Assembly (NCBI GenBank): GCA_024679065.1
Contig: JAGIQG010000016.1
Span: 8,618,001-8,682,000, forward strand
Length of the DNA: 64,000 bases
Source of the DNA: Sphyrna mokarran
Lineage: Eukaryota
Direction: 5' to 3'
Each line of letters starts with the position of its first letter. Within the stretch, counting starts at the first letter, position 1. Position numbers and translations under genes: made by a program. A model generated the notes under the pieces. The model saw nothing but the letters and a program-made list of their open reading frames with translations. It was not told the origin of the DNA and did no database searches. This document shows, piece by piece, positions 12,929 through 26,924 of this stretch.

Positions 12929-14816
12929 TTGCACATGACTGACTGCTCGAAAACAAAATTAAGCTTATTGACATTCAGCAGCAGCTGAGTAAATCAAGAA
13001 AGGATTATACAGAAATTTGTTCAGTTTAACAGATTTGAAGTATGAAAACCTTGCTGGATAACATGATTTTCCCTCATTGAGGCTGCATGCGTTCATAGGA
13101 TTTTGACATAGCAGGCCTGTCACTGGACTTTTCTGTGGTTGTGCTGGTCTAAGCATTGAAGAGTTTTGCTGTTGTCTTGTTCCATTGTTCCACTACGGAA
13201 ATCAGCAAATGTTTGCAATTGCCAAGGGAATAATCTTCAGACCAATTATCAACACATCGTGTATGCATTTTCCAAGTCATCCAGTCAGAGAATGGAACAT
13301 GGCGTCATTTGCTGGGTCGTTCGGCCCTGATCGGAAATTCTCACCTGATTCAATGGACCTTTCCGTTTCACAGCCCTCGCACGCTCTGATTCCGTTGGGC
13401 AAGGTGGTCGAGTTCAGGTTTGCTTTCCCCCGATTAGAAACCACGCTACTGCTGTGCCCACCGTGACTTGACTGGAATGAAAAATAGTTAACCACACTAA
13501 TGCTATACAAAGAAACTTTGACTCTTTCTTTCACAGTTGGCTATTACGCCTAAAACATCAAAAACAAACTTGAATAACCTAATTTAATATCGATTGCTTT
13601 GACTGTAGTATTTTGGGAAACGATCCAAACAACCTTTCCTCCACAAATATACCACAGAGAGAATGATTTTAGTCATCTAGTAATCTTTGCCGAAAATTAT
13701 GATTAGGGATAATCTGAGACTTATTGTTCTGAACAACCATTTTGTTTTCATATGTGTATGTATTCTTCTGATAGGAAATCCAAAATTTAGATTGAAATTA
13801 TTTGGATGAATGTTGCCAGGGTAACACTTCCAAATTTTTGTGGCGTCGAATCACTGCTGCATGGATTTTGTTCTTCATGTTTTAAAGTGCGACGGAAAAT
13901 TACTGTTTTCTGCATTACAGGCGGCTGTCACAGGGTGGTTGGCTATGAGCTAAATAAAAATACACTGTTCAGCAGATACATTTAGGGGATTAATTTCTGA
14001 TGTCTGTGGACAAGCCTTCAGGAGTTTAAATGCATACCTAGGCCAAATGATCATTTTCTGAACTGCAGCCTCCTTGCAATCCCAACTGGTTAAGAAATAC
14101 ATTGAACAACTAATAGTCAGTTCTGCAAACGCTAAGATAAATGACCATATGACGAGGAGTAGAACTGACGGCAGACGCGCTTCCATCGTTTCAGGGCTAT
14201 TTCACCCTGCAGTTTGTAATTTTTAGTCAGGTTCTTGTGAGCCCATCTCAAGTTTATCGATTTTGAGTGACACTTAAGCTGTTTAATTAACATGATTCTG
14301 TGTTCAGAAAAAAAAAGAAACCGCAATTCGATTGTAAGTCAGCATGCTACTGGCACTGTTAAACTTTATCTGCTACCAATGATCAGAAATTCTAAAATAT
14401 TATATTCATATACATTGTCCCACGCTCTTAACTCTTGAGTTTTCTAGGTCTTAATTGATATCAGATGTAGTGATATTTTGTTATGGTTTTCAACGCCATT
14501 ATTAAACAGTAGAGCAGATTCGGTTAACTGATGAAAAATAACATGAATATCATGCAAGGAGAAAAGTTAATCGGTAAGAAGCGTGTTGCTCTCCGATGTT
14601 TTCTAAGGTAACTGCTTATCCTTCAAGAATTTAAAATATTTCATTAAACATAGTAACAACCAAATAAACGTTCATTTGTATTATCCCGTTAGCACATTCA
14701 ACCATGAGCATTAGCAAATTCTACGCATTGTCGATTAATAATTCATGTGGATGATATTGATGTTTCAATAAGGTTACCGATCTTGAGGTTTCAGAAATCG
14801 AATCGCACCCACTCAC

Positions 14817-14852
14817 CACAATCTAGAAGCGTATTCTTCAATATCGCTATCT
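14817..14852 (-). CDS. 36-nt micro-exon EIAILKNTLLDC
   Basis: ccattgcgtacag|AGATAGCGATATTGAAGAATACGCTTCTAGATTGTG|gtgagt. Confidence 0.9.
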
Positions 14853-15126
14853 CTGTACGCAATGGGGAACGAAAAGGTATACATGAGCTTCTGAAGGTTA
14901 CTTCTATCATTTTTGGATACAATATTGGACTTGACATTTTTTGTATAAGGCAAAATGTAAATTAAAATAAATATGGTTGCGAAATAATCAAATATACCGT
15001 CAAAGTACGGATATTACTGAATATCGCGTGTGCTTAGAGGCACACGATGCATGCCTAATGCCAGACTCCAACATGCAAGCAAAATATGCCATAGAATCGC
15101 ATAAACAATGCCAAACGAAACCTTAC

Positions 15127-15153
15127 CTTCATTTTTCTGGGTATTTCCTCGCG
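15127..15153 (-). CDS. 27-nt micro-exon ARGNTQKNE
   Basis: atattgtttaaag|CGCGAGGAAATACCCAGAAAAATGAAG|gtaagg (AAG acceptor). Confidence 0.85.
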
Positions 15154-15670
15154 CTTTAAACAATATCAATTGGTGACAGGTTTTAGTAACAAAAATAACT
15201 CCTACTTAAGTCAGAGATTAAATATTATATGTAACATAATATTGTGTTTCCCTGAATAAAATAATCCTGTTGGAAATGTAATTAAATATTAGGATTTTCA
15301 ATCAAAGTTACATTGGAATGCTCCTTTATGAAGTGTTTCCGAAATTGCAGCAAGGTCGAGAGGCAGAAAAATATGAAGAATTAATCCAGAAATTTAAGTT
15401 CATTTAATTTATGGCATTGTCATCAACGGCAGAATTGGAATTCATTCCGTTAACGTTGTCTGTGTTAAAACAACAGATCTAAGAACTGCAAATGGAGACT
15501 GTTACAATCAGAATGGCTACCATATAAGGCGATTGGAAAGTGATGTCGTGATCAAATTGATGAAGTGCTTTGAGGAGAAGTGGTCAAGTTCAGTGAACAA
15601 AAAAAAAATGGTGAACGAGTGTTTGTGCCAGATAGGGCCCGAACACATACACAAGATGGTCTCAAAACTA

Positions 15671-18600
15671 GAACCACAGAACATTAAAATACAGAAACAA
15701 GTCTGTTGGCCTTCTTGGCTGTGCTGAACCGTTTTTTCTGCCTAGTCCGACTGACCTGCGCCTGGAACATATTCCTCTACATCCCTCTCATCCATGTACG
15801 TGTCCAAGTTTTCTTAAATGTTAGAAGTGAGCCCGCATTTACCACTTCATCTGGCAGCTCATTCCACACTCCCACCACTCTCTGTTTGAAGAATTCCCCC
15901 CCCCCAATATTTCCTTTAAACGTTTCCCCCTTCATTCTTGACCAATATCCTCTAGTTTATTTTTCCCTATCCTCAGTGGAAAAAACCTGTTTGCATGCAT
16001 TCTATCTATACCCATCATAATTTTATACACTTCTATATAAAATCTCCCCTCATTCTTCTACGCTCCAGGGAATAACGACCTAACCTATTCAAACTTTCTC
16101 TGTAATTCAGTTTCTCATGTCCCGGCAAGTTTTGCAAACCGTCTCTGCACTCTTTCAACCTTATTAATTTCCTTCCTGTAATTAGGTGCCCCAAACTGCA
16201 CACAATACTTTAAATTCGGCCTCACCAGTGCCTTATACAACCTCACCAAATCATTCCAACTCTTATACTCAATATTTTGGTTATAACGGCCAATGTTCCA
16301 AAAACACTCTATGACCCTATCTACTTGTGCCATCACTTCTAGGGAATTATGTGTCTGTATTCCTGATCCCTCTGTTCGACTACAATCTTCAGGGTCCTAC
16401 CATTTACCTTGTATGTTCTACCTTGATTTGTCCTTCCAAAGTGCAATACCTCACACTTGTCTGCATTAAACTCCAACTGCCATTTTTCAGCCCATTTTTC
16501 TTGCTGGTCCAAATCCCTCTGCAAACTTTGTAAACCTTTCTCACTGTCCACTGCACCTCCAATCTTTGTTTTATCAGCAATTTTACTGATCCAATTTACC
16601 ACGTGATCATCAGGTCATTGATATAAATGACAAACGACAATGGACCCAGCACTGATCCCTGCGGCATACAACTAGTCACAGGCCTCCACTCAGAGAAGCA
16701 ATCCTCTATTATCACTCGCTGGCTTCTTCCAGTAAGCCAGTGCCTAATCCAATTTACTACCTCTCCATGTATACCTAGTGACTGAAGCTTTCTAACTAAC
16801 TTCCCATGCGGGAACTTGCCAAAGGCCTTACTGAAGTCCATGTAGACAGCATCCACTGCCTTCCCTTCGCACACTCTCCTGGTAACCTTCTCGAGAAAAC
16901 GCTAATAGATTGCTTAAACATAACATTCCTTAATAAGCCCTTATCTATCCAAATATTTGTCGATCCTATCTCTTAGTACTCCTTCCAATAATTTACATAC
17001 TACTGATGGCAAGCTTATCGGCCTATAATTTCCCAGATTACTTTTCGAGCCTTTTTTAAACAGCAGGGAACATGAACTATCCTCCAATCATCTGGCACCT
17101 CATCTGTGGACACCGACATTTTAAATATATCTGTCAAGGCCCCTGCAATTTCAACAATAGTCTTCTTCAAGATCCGAGGGAATACTGGTCCTGGAGATGT
17201 ATCCACTCTGATTTGCCTCAAAATAGCAAGCACCTCCTTTTAATCTGAGTAGATTCAATGACCTCGCTACTTGTTTGCCTTACTGCCGTAGACTCCATGT
17301 CAGTTTTCTTAGTAAATACGGATTCAAACAAACATTTAATATCTCCCCCATTTCTTTTGGTTTCTTACAAAGCCGACCACTCTGATCTTCAAAAGGCCAA
17401 TTTTGTCCCTTATTGTCTTTTTACTCGTAGTATAACTGTAGAATCTCTTCGAATTATCCTTCACTTTGACTGCCAAAGCAGCCTCATGTCTTCTTTTAGC
17501 CCTCCTGATTTCGTTCTAAAGTAGTTCTTGCGCGTTTTATACACCTCAAGCGTCTTATTTTTTTCCCTGTTGTCTATACATGCCATGCACCTCTTTTTCT
17601 ATCAGATGTGGAATACCCTTCGAGGACGAAGTTCCTTATTCTTGTTCACTTTGCCTTTAGCCCTGACAAGAACATACAAATTCAGCACTCTCAAAATTTC
17701 TCCTTTGAAGGTCTCCCACTTACCAATCACATCCGTATCAGAGAACAGCCTGTCCCAGTCCACGCTTTTTAGATCCTTTCTCATTTCTTCAAGTTTGACC
17801 TTCTTTCCTGTTCAGAACCTCAACTTGAGGACCAGATCTATCTTTATCTATGATCAAGTTAAAATTAATGGCGTTATGATCAATGGAAACAAAGTGTTCC
17901 TCTACACACACTTCTGTCATTTGCCCTAACTCATTTCCTTATAGGAGATCTAATATTGCATCCGCTCTCGCTGATACTCTACATATTGATTCAGAAAAAA
18001 AAAATCCTGCAAACATTTTTACAAATTCCACACCGTCCAGACCATTAACAGTATGGGAGTTCCAATCTATTTGTGAAAAAAATAAAATCACCTACTATCA
18101 CAACTTTACATTTCGAGCAGTTGGTTGCTATCTCTCTACAGGTTCGCTACTCCAATTCTTGCTGACTATTGGGTGGTCTATCGTTCAACGCCATTAATGT
18201 GGCCATACCATTCCTGTTCCTCAGCTCCACCCATTATGACATCGGTAGACAAGCCTCTAATCTGTCCTGTCTGAGCATGCTGCAACATTATCCCTGATTG
18301 GCAATGCCACCTCCCGCCCTTTATCCCTCTGCATCTATCTTTGAAAGATTGGAAGCCTGAAACATTGAGCTGCCAGTCCTGCCCTTCCTGAAACCAAGTT
18401 TCACTAATGGCTATAAAGTCATAATTCCATGTGTTAATCTATGCCCTCAATTCGTCTGCCTTCTCCACAATATTCATAGTATTATAATAGACATACCCCA
18501 GAAGAGTATTACCACCTGACATAATCATTCTATTTGTGATTTTGTACGAACTATCACTATTTTTTCTCATTTCCACAATCTGCTCCGGCACTCTGGTTCT

Positions 18601-20118
18601 TACCCTCTGCAAATCTAGTTTAAACCCTCCCCAATAACACAAGCAAACCTCCCTGCAAACATATTCGTCCCCTTGTAGTTCAGGTGTAACCAACTGTCTT
18701 GTAGAGATCACTCCTGCCCTAGAAGAGGTCCCAATGATCTAGAAACCCTGCTTCCTACACCATTCCTCAGCCACTGGCGCATCTGGCTGAGCATCCTACT
18801 CTTACCCTCACTGGCACATGGTACGAAAAGAAATCCTGAGATTATTACCCTCAGGGTCTTGCTTTTTAACCTCCTACCAAGCTCTCTGTACTCACCCTTC
18901 AGGATCTCCACACTATTTCTTCCTACGTCATTGGTACTAATGTATACTATGACATTTCGTTGATCACCCTCCCGCTTCAGAATGCTATGCACATGATCAG
19001 AGACATCACTGACACTGGCACCCGGGAGGCAACAAACCATCCAGGAATATCTGTCACAACAACTGAACCTCCCGTGTGTACCTTTGAATATTGATTCCCT
19101 TATCACTTCCACTCTCCTTTTCTTCTTCTCCGCCACTCCCCCCCCCCCCCCCCCCACTACCACCTCACCTTCTGCGCTTCAGAACCAGACTCAGTGCCGA
19201 AGATCCGGCTGCCACAGCTTGTCCCAGATGAGGCATGGTCCACAACAGTATCCAGAGTGATATGCCTAGTATGGAGGGGAATGGCCACAGGGGAACCCTG
19301 CTCTCCTTGTCCTTTCCCCGTCCTCCGCCTCATGATAATCTAATTACCTGTGCTCTGCGACTTTGGTGTAATTACTCCCTGAAGCTACGATCCTTCTCAT
19401 CCAGCTCCTGCTCCAGTTCCCGAACACTTCCTGCAAGAGAAGCATTCCAGCATCCTGTCTGGCATCTTTCTACTCTGAAAAAAAAACTTACCGGAACCTA
19501 CCCTGGTCTTTGCCTGTTGACGCTGCAGCCGTCCCACTCTGCTCCCTCTCACTGCGCTGCCTGCTGATAGAGTGGTCTGTTTTTAAACCTTTCACGCACT
19601 ACTGGTGACGTCAGCATCTGCGCAGTCTTGGTACCATTTGGTAACACCCTTGCTCCCAGTCCTCTTTTTTTAGCCTGCCGTCACCGAGTCTTTTTTTTAG
19701 GTTAGGGAAGGGGGAAGGGTGGGAGATGTTACACGTGCAGTGTCTCCGGATTCCTCCCTGTTGAAAGTTACTGTACAGAAATCTTCCCAGGCCACCCCAC
19801 GGCCTACTTATCGTTTACTGATTTAACTGAAAAAAAACTCAAATGAAAAATATAGAAGGAAAATCAATCTCTTACCCTCAGCATTCATGACACGAATTGC
19901 CCCTTCTCTGCTTTGCTTCAGTTGAAAATAGAGGTCGATCTTCCTAGGTACGTAACTTTTAAATATAAAAAAAACTTTCCCAGGCCACTCCGTGGCCTAC
20001 TTCCGTTTTACTGATTTAACTGAAAAATCTCGAATAAAAAGGTAGAAAAATAATCAATCTCTTACCCTCAACACTCCTGACACAAGTCACTCCCTCTCTG
20101 CTTTGCTCAGTTGGAAAA
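15671..20118 (-). mobile_element. Near full-length decayed CR1 LINE (ORF1 SGNH esterase-like, ORF2 APE endonuclease and RT)
   Basis: ORF1 MVCCLPGASVSDVSD...VYISTNDVGR; RT VYMDFSKAF, PQGSVLGPL.FVIYINDL, KIADKTKIGG, WAEKWQLEFNADKCEVLHFG; multiple frameshifts. Confidence 0.9.
19782..20118. repeat. Two diverged ~194-bp-period units at the CR1 5' end
   Basis: ttcccaggccac...ggcctactt...tttactgatttaactgaaaaa...aatcaatctcttaccctca...tctctgctttgct occurs at ~19782 and ~19976. Confidence 0.85.
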
Positions 20119-20612
20119 GTATTGACGGTTTCAGCAGCAAAATTAAGGGGAGGGTCTTTGTATTTCGACATGGAAGATGTCTGACTTCAAGCTGATAGTA
20201 TAGGAAAAAAGATATGGTCATTACATTCACGTGTTTCTTTTTAATTCATTTCTCCTTTGAGGCAAGGAGAATGTTGAATGTGCTCAAATTATTAATTGGG
20301 TCCTTCGGAAGCTAACCATGAGCTATATTGAGTTTCTCATATTATGCACAATGTTCAGTGACTTAAAAGATCATACAAATTTTCTACAACTATATTGGCT
20401 GCTGACTGTGTAATTTGGTTTTATCATGTGTTGCCTGACAGACTTTCCAGTGGCTTTGAGGAAATGTATTTGTTGTGCAGGAGGATACTGACTCTGCAAT
20501 GTAATATTTATAACATATGACAAACCACCTACTCTGCAGACGATGAACCAATTAACGCACACACAGAGGAAATCTTATATTTTTCATAGTTAGCAATTTT
20601 CATTCAACATAC

Positions 20613-20648
20613 CATATCCTTGACAGATTTCCTTCTGTTTCTGCAATT
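20613..20648 (-). CDS. 36-nt micro-exon ELQKQKEICQGY
   Basis: ccttttgtgcgacag|AATTGCAGAAACAGAAGGAAATCTGTCAAGGATATG|gtatgt. Confidence 0.85.
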
Positions 20649-22569
20649 CTGTCGCACAAAAGGAAACTAAATCGTGAATAACTGCAGACAAGTAAACAAA
20701 ACAAAGGCTCATACTACTATCTGAGCCTTTCTCACATTCAAGCGAATCGTAGCTGATCACAAATACTAGGCTGTGTTTTATATCGTAACGGTTTGTCGAT
20801 ATAATACAGTGAATTACCCCCAATCATTTCTGAACGAATAAATGAAAAACACATTGTACCCGTTATCAGGAAAGGATATACGCCCACGAAGAGCAATTAT
20901 CTGTTTTGAATTATTCACATTACTCTCTAGAAGCAATGTTAAAGTAATAGGCAAAAGGTGGCAAACTCTTACTTCAGTGGTGGGTCGAGTAGAGAGCATT
21001 CATAAAGTAGGAAAGCGAGACATTATGTCATTGCTCGCATTCGAGAGATCGTTGCCAAAGAGAATAAATATGTTTTAAGTAAATTGTTTGATGTGATAAA
21101 TTAAACACACACATAATGTACAATGAATGAACACTGTCAGGAATCAAATTTACTGAAAAAAAAGATCTACGGCAGAATGAGGAAACATTTATTTTTCTTC
21201 AAACATAAATGCTATGTTAATTAGAATTCACTGAATAAAAACATAGTGAAAGGATTCTCAATTAATCATTGGATAAACAGCAGGAAAAAAAAGACATTGT
21301 ACGAGAGTAAACATGCAGCGCCAGCAATTGAGAAAACCTATAAATTAACGCAGTCAGGCTCACATGCCTTAATACAACAGTTGAATAATTTTTCACGCCG
21401 TCTTCCAGAAATTACATTAAAAATTCTTTGGCAATTCTTATAATTTTCATTAACGTATGACCCCTATTTGCAGCCATGTAGAAATCTAGTCATCAGGGCA
21501 AAAATGCGGCCATTTAGACCTCTTAGTCTGCCTATGGAATAATCCCGTAAGTCAGTGTCCTCAGACACTCAGACTCATAAGACAATTGAATTTACTTTTC
21601 CATTGATCAGCTTTCTTCAATAGATTAAACACACGTTTTATACCAAAGCCACTAAACATTGTTGTTTATCAAAAAAATTTGGTGCCTTATAAAGTCTGAT
21701 TCTTGCTTAAAATCCTGCACATGCCCTCTTACAGTGGTCAAGTTGTTAGGGAGAAAAAGAAACACTCTTCACTGCTCTTTTAGGAGAATTTCCACATAAA
21801 ATATTTTTCTTCAATCTCCACAAATTGGGATTCGCCAAGCTCATATTTCACTTACAGACCTCATTGGCAACATTCAGCAGAATCTCTTGTATGCAGATAA
21901 CAATTCGTATATTCTTCCTAATGTATGGTGGCAGCACATGGATGTGATTCTTCAATTGTTGCAATACAGACCTTAATAAATGTTCTGTTTACCGTTCCTG
22001 TCAGCATATCAATTACATTTACTTATCAGCGTCATGATTTAAGATTTTCTTTTTGCAAATCCTCTGACAAGACGTATCACCACGATCACATGCTTATGCA
22101 CTTCGACCCTTAGCTTCAAACGTTACATGCCCTAACTGCTTTGGAAAGTCTAGCAATCACTGCTTGCATGCTACATTTCCAACTGCCTACTGGTCAAACT
22201 TCCCGAAAATTACGTAGTGAGATCAGCCTTCCAAATTTAATTGTGGGGAAATTATACTGCTTAAAATTAAATTTTACCAGAAGTAATGTAACAAGTTTCA
22301 TTTTTTCACATGAATTGCCGTTTACTATTTACCATTTAACAGAAATACGTAAACGTAGAATTAAAGGAGTAATTCCGGTGTGTAAAAAATCAGATGTTCA
22401 AAAACAATGTTGTTCAGTTAAAGACATAAATCGCCATGTGAAATTGCAGCAATAAAAACAACGTGGCTCAAGGAATGACAGAGATAGGTATTGGATTTGC
22501 TAATAGGTGAAGTGTTCCTGCAAGATAGGATCATGAATATTATTCAGTGAAATTCTCGCTTTGCCAAGG

Positions 22570-24145
22570 GTAACAAGGAACCAACCACTAAGATCTTCGT
22601 ACCAATGGATGACCAAGTGCTCACACTGTTTACTTCTGGCATAAGGAACACTTTATGCACAGTGAATACTTGCAAGGCCGACGGCATTCCTGGACAGGTG
22701 CTGATCAGTTGGCGAATGGAATCTTCAATTTATCACTGGCCCGGGCGGTGGTCTCTGCATGCTTAAACTGCATAACAATTATTCCTGTGCCAAAAGAATT
22801 GAATGTCACAGGCTTGAATGACTACAATTCTTTTGCACTCATCATAATGAATTGCTTCGAGAGATTGGTCCTGAGTCATCCAAAAGCCGATGGCTGCCAG
22901 TCTTGACCAGCACCAGTTTGGCTATCGCGCAAATAGGTCAACAGGAGATGCTATTTCTGCTACTCATCATTCCGTTCTGTCCCATTTGGAAGGCAGTGAC
23001 ACCGATGTTAGAATGCTGCTCATTGACTAGATCTCTGCATTGAACACCATCAACCTCACTAGGTATTTCATAAATTCCATTCTCTAGGAGTCAACAGCTC
23101 CCTCTGTAATTGGATCCTGGACTTCTAAACCAACAGACAATAGTTTGTTCGGTTAGATAACCTTACTTCCCTCAACCTAACCCGAAGTATAGGGGCACCT
23201 CAAAGAAATGTGTTAAACCGACTTCTTGACTTCCTTTACACCTGTGACTGTGTGCCTGTCTGTAATACCAATGTAATCAAGAAGTTCACGAACGATGGTA
23301 CATGGTAGGCCTGATGACTAACAACAATGAGTAAGCATAGAGGGAGAAAGTCAACATCTGGCAATGTGGAATGCTTGAAACAAAATGGCCATAAAAATTA
23401 AGAGGACAAAAAAAAAGTGGACGTTAGGAAGTCCAAAGGCAGGTCAGGCACACTCCATATGCATCAGTGGGATAAAGTCGGAAAGGTTCTTTAGATGCAA
23501 ATTCCAGGGCGTCCACGTCATAGAGGACCTCTCATAACCCATTTTCTCTCAAACGTTTCCCGTTGCACAATAGAGAATATCTTGTTGAACTAGATTATGG
23601 TGTTGTACACAATTGTTGCATTTATGACTGAAGAACTTTGCAGTTAATCATGCTGAATACAATGTAGGCATCCAATTGCCTGCCATTCAGGAAATTTATT
23701 ACAAATGCTATCTGTGGGGATCTCTCACATCACCAGAAGTCCCAACCATTCTAGCTACGGACATCAACACCCAAAACCTACCCCCTTTCGGCCACCCTCC
23801 CTCCCCACCTCCACCACCCCGCGAGCTGGAAAACGTTTCAGATGCTTTTGAGCCAATACAACCAGGCTCAAGAACAGCATCTTCCCCAGAGCTGTTACCC
23901 AGCTGAACTACGTTCTTTAGCATAGTCGCAGGCGCTGGACATTGTGCAATATGCGTGTGTACACTTAACGACTATATGAGAACTACTTTGAAATGACTAC
24001 TGAACTTTTTTGTCTTATTTGTATTTTGGGAGTCTGCAAGCTCACCTTTCTTTGTATTTGTATGTGTGCATTTAACAACAACAATAAAGTTGAATTGACT
24101 TGATTTGAATTGAAATGGCTTGATTTGAATCGTTTTGAATTAAAT
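22570..24145 (+). mobile_element. Decayed Rex1/Babar-type LINE (RT and 3' end)
   Basis: ADQLANGIFNLSL..AVVSACL...TIIPVPK...VTGLNDY...AL..IMNCFERLVL; (TTGAA)n-like tail at 24090-24145. Confidence 0.85.
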
Positions 24146-26924
24146 TAATTGTCTGGCATGGATAGAAATATGTGGGACAAGGAACACTGCTGCCCTCAGT
24201 TTGTTGTTGTTAGCGGACAACACATTTCTGAAGTTAGGTACACAAATGAAACAGGCTAAACTGCACTCAGAACCCCTCCATTAAAGATCACAAGAGAACA
24301 GATCCAGACAAGCAGGCAAAACGCATGCTTTTAAAATGCAAACAAGGTATAAAACACAAAGGGAACTGGACAGATGAAATCAATGGCAACTAAATTGCCG
24401 TTGGTTTCATCTGTCCACCCTCATCTAATCAAATCAGCACGACTGACCTAATCAAGTGATATCAGGAAGCCTCTATAGAAGCACCTAAGGAAAGGAATAA
24501 CAGAACTAAGGAGGCCTTCTTGGCCTCAAAAGACTTCCTGACATCAGCCAAACACCCATTGTTGAAGAAACCTCGGAGATTCTAGACCACTGATAAACCC
24601 ATCAGACAGAAACGATTACTATACTTAAACCATCGATACTGTACTTGAAAACATCGGAACAGAATGGTCAACGTCAAACACTGTAAACAAAACACTAACA
24701 TGTGAATCATACAACGTGTCAAAGTTCGAGTATAACTGTGGCCCATTGCGTTGGGCTTTCACAGTGCTTTCGGGACAGTGTTGTTTTTATATCCTGATTG
24801 CGTCTCCGTCGACGTTAAATAAATCTGTACTGCTGTTGAACCTCTGAGTCCGTAGTAGTCGTGTTCGCCCACTCGTGCTAACAGTCTTGGAATGGTAATA
24901 AATGCATGTACACCCGAAAATGGAGGCAAGTTATTGATTAGTTCGCATATTTCTGTTGTGCAAGTAACGACAAGCATTTATTATTCGCGCTGCTCATCCA
25001 TAAAAAAAGACTCAGGGCCTCTAATTAACGCCAAACGAACTGCATGCACACCACATACAAAGTTTCGGAACCAGTATTGCAAAACAGGGAACTCCTCATT
25101 GTTGAAAGACAATGGAAAAAAAAAAGATGTACGGAAACTTCACCATTTCCAAGTCCCCATTCAAGACGTACATAATCCTGCACGTAATAATTCAGTAAGG
25201 TAGATCCGAAACGCATTATGGAGGAAAAAACACTTTGGAGGTTAGCGACTTCTGCTATTGTGTGTCATCGGGTGTGTGCTACTGTTCAACGTGCTTATGG
25301 CTGATATGTTATCTCGACACTATTTGTCAGCCTCGCCCTATAACTTATTTCGCCTTGAGACCGAGAGATGTTTCGATTTCCTTCTAGTATGTACTTAGTG
25401 ACGAAAACATGATGAAAACTTAAGTTCGTAATGAAACAACAACATTTCCGGAAAGATGGAATGGAACGGTTGGACGAGTGTGTTTGCTTTGATTAAAAGA
25501 ATAATAGATTGCTGGAGGCAGCGTTTGTCCCAGAAACGTCCTGTTTCGTGAAGACTGAAGAATGCTGAATAAGTAGACTACTCTGAACATTTAGGGATAG
25601 GGATTCTCCAGCTGCGGGCGCCTCAAAGGAAGAGAATCCCACCCCGAGGTCAATGCGCATTTGTATGACCCACCCCTACAATTCCTTTGGCTGGCGCAAC
25701 GGGAAAATTCTGGTCCAGGTATGCCATCAACTGGTTGAAAATAAATCGGAGAAAACACTTACATTTGTTTCTACGTGAAACGTACTATAATTAAGGTGGT
25801 CTGAACAGACTTTGTTATTTTCTCTGGCTGGGCAGTCTTGAGGGCAAAAAAAAAGGGGCCACAGATCGGAAACATTGTAGGCCATTCAGCATCGAGTTCA
25901 GGAAAAAAATGTATTCTCTCAGAAGATGGCGAAAACGATGTTCTGCCGAAGAAGACTGCCGAGCCAATCACTAAATACAGCCAAGAAAGAAAGCGAAACA
26001 TTCCTCGGCTCTTAGGGTGAAATAATTTATAGTGAGAGTGCTGACAAACCGTGCTGAGATACAATATCAGCTATAATCACGTTGAACAGCAGGACACACC
26101 GAACGTCCGAATGATGGACTCCTGATCCAAATTTATACGTTCCTACGTATCTACAATGACGTACAAAGACGAACAAGAAACTAACAATTCGTGATAGTTG
26201 TGAGATTTGACCGTCCTAGTAACTATTCTGACAGGAGGAAATGCTTTGGTCAAAGCATTTGCTTTGGTCAAAGCATTTCCTAACATATTTGCAGGAAATA
26301 GTTATATCAAATATGTTTTTCAGTCCAGCAAGTATGTTGTTTTGAATCTTGAGAATGATGTATGTCCAATAGCGAATGGTCATAGATAAGGACCATGTCT
26401 GTCAAATAATTTTAAGATAATTATAAAGATTAATTTATGTTAAATGCAACTTAGTATTATATGCTAAACAAATAAACATCGGAGCTCCAGTTTAACTTCG
26501 CCATGAAAAAGCGTCCTTGTAAAACAAACTGTAGGCAGACTAAAATATGCATGAACAATAGCTCTCTTCTTAAAGACTACTTCGCAAATGGAGATACGTC
26601 GCTACTGGTGTATCTGCAGTAGTTTTGAGGACCCTGAACTAATTTCCAGGTGAATATTTAAATATTTGTTCGTCTGAAATTGGTTAATTTCCTTCCCCAT
26701 AGGGAAAACGATTCTTTTATCGGTACATACACAAAAAAAGGTAGCTCCATTGTTTGAAGTTCCAATTGCTAGCGTTTTCTGTCCAGATCTATCTGAATGG
26801 CTGAATTGAAATTCCCAAGATGCCATGTCGGTCATTCTTAATTATTATCTAATTTATAAGCTAGTAATATTTATAATACTCTCATAGGATCAGCGGACTC
26901 TCATTTTCTCAATATAATTTGTTC

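Noticed and set aside
13950-14186. Minus ORF MEARLPSVLLLVIWSFILAFAEL... resembling a signal peptide, with a gtatgc donor near 14038
   Set aside because: It lies inside an intron of the micro-exon gene and ends in phase 2. Splicing to the next candidate acceptor hits a stop, and there is no other support.
25674-25709. 36-nt phase-1 AG/GT segment EFSRCASQRNCR
   Set aside because: Weak acceptor, lacks the repeat motif and would break the perfect alternation.
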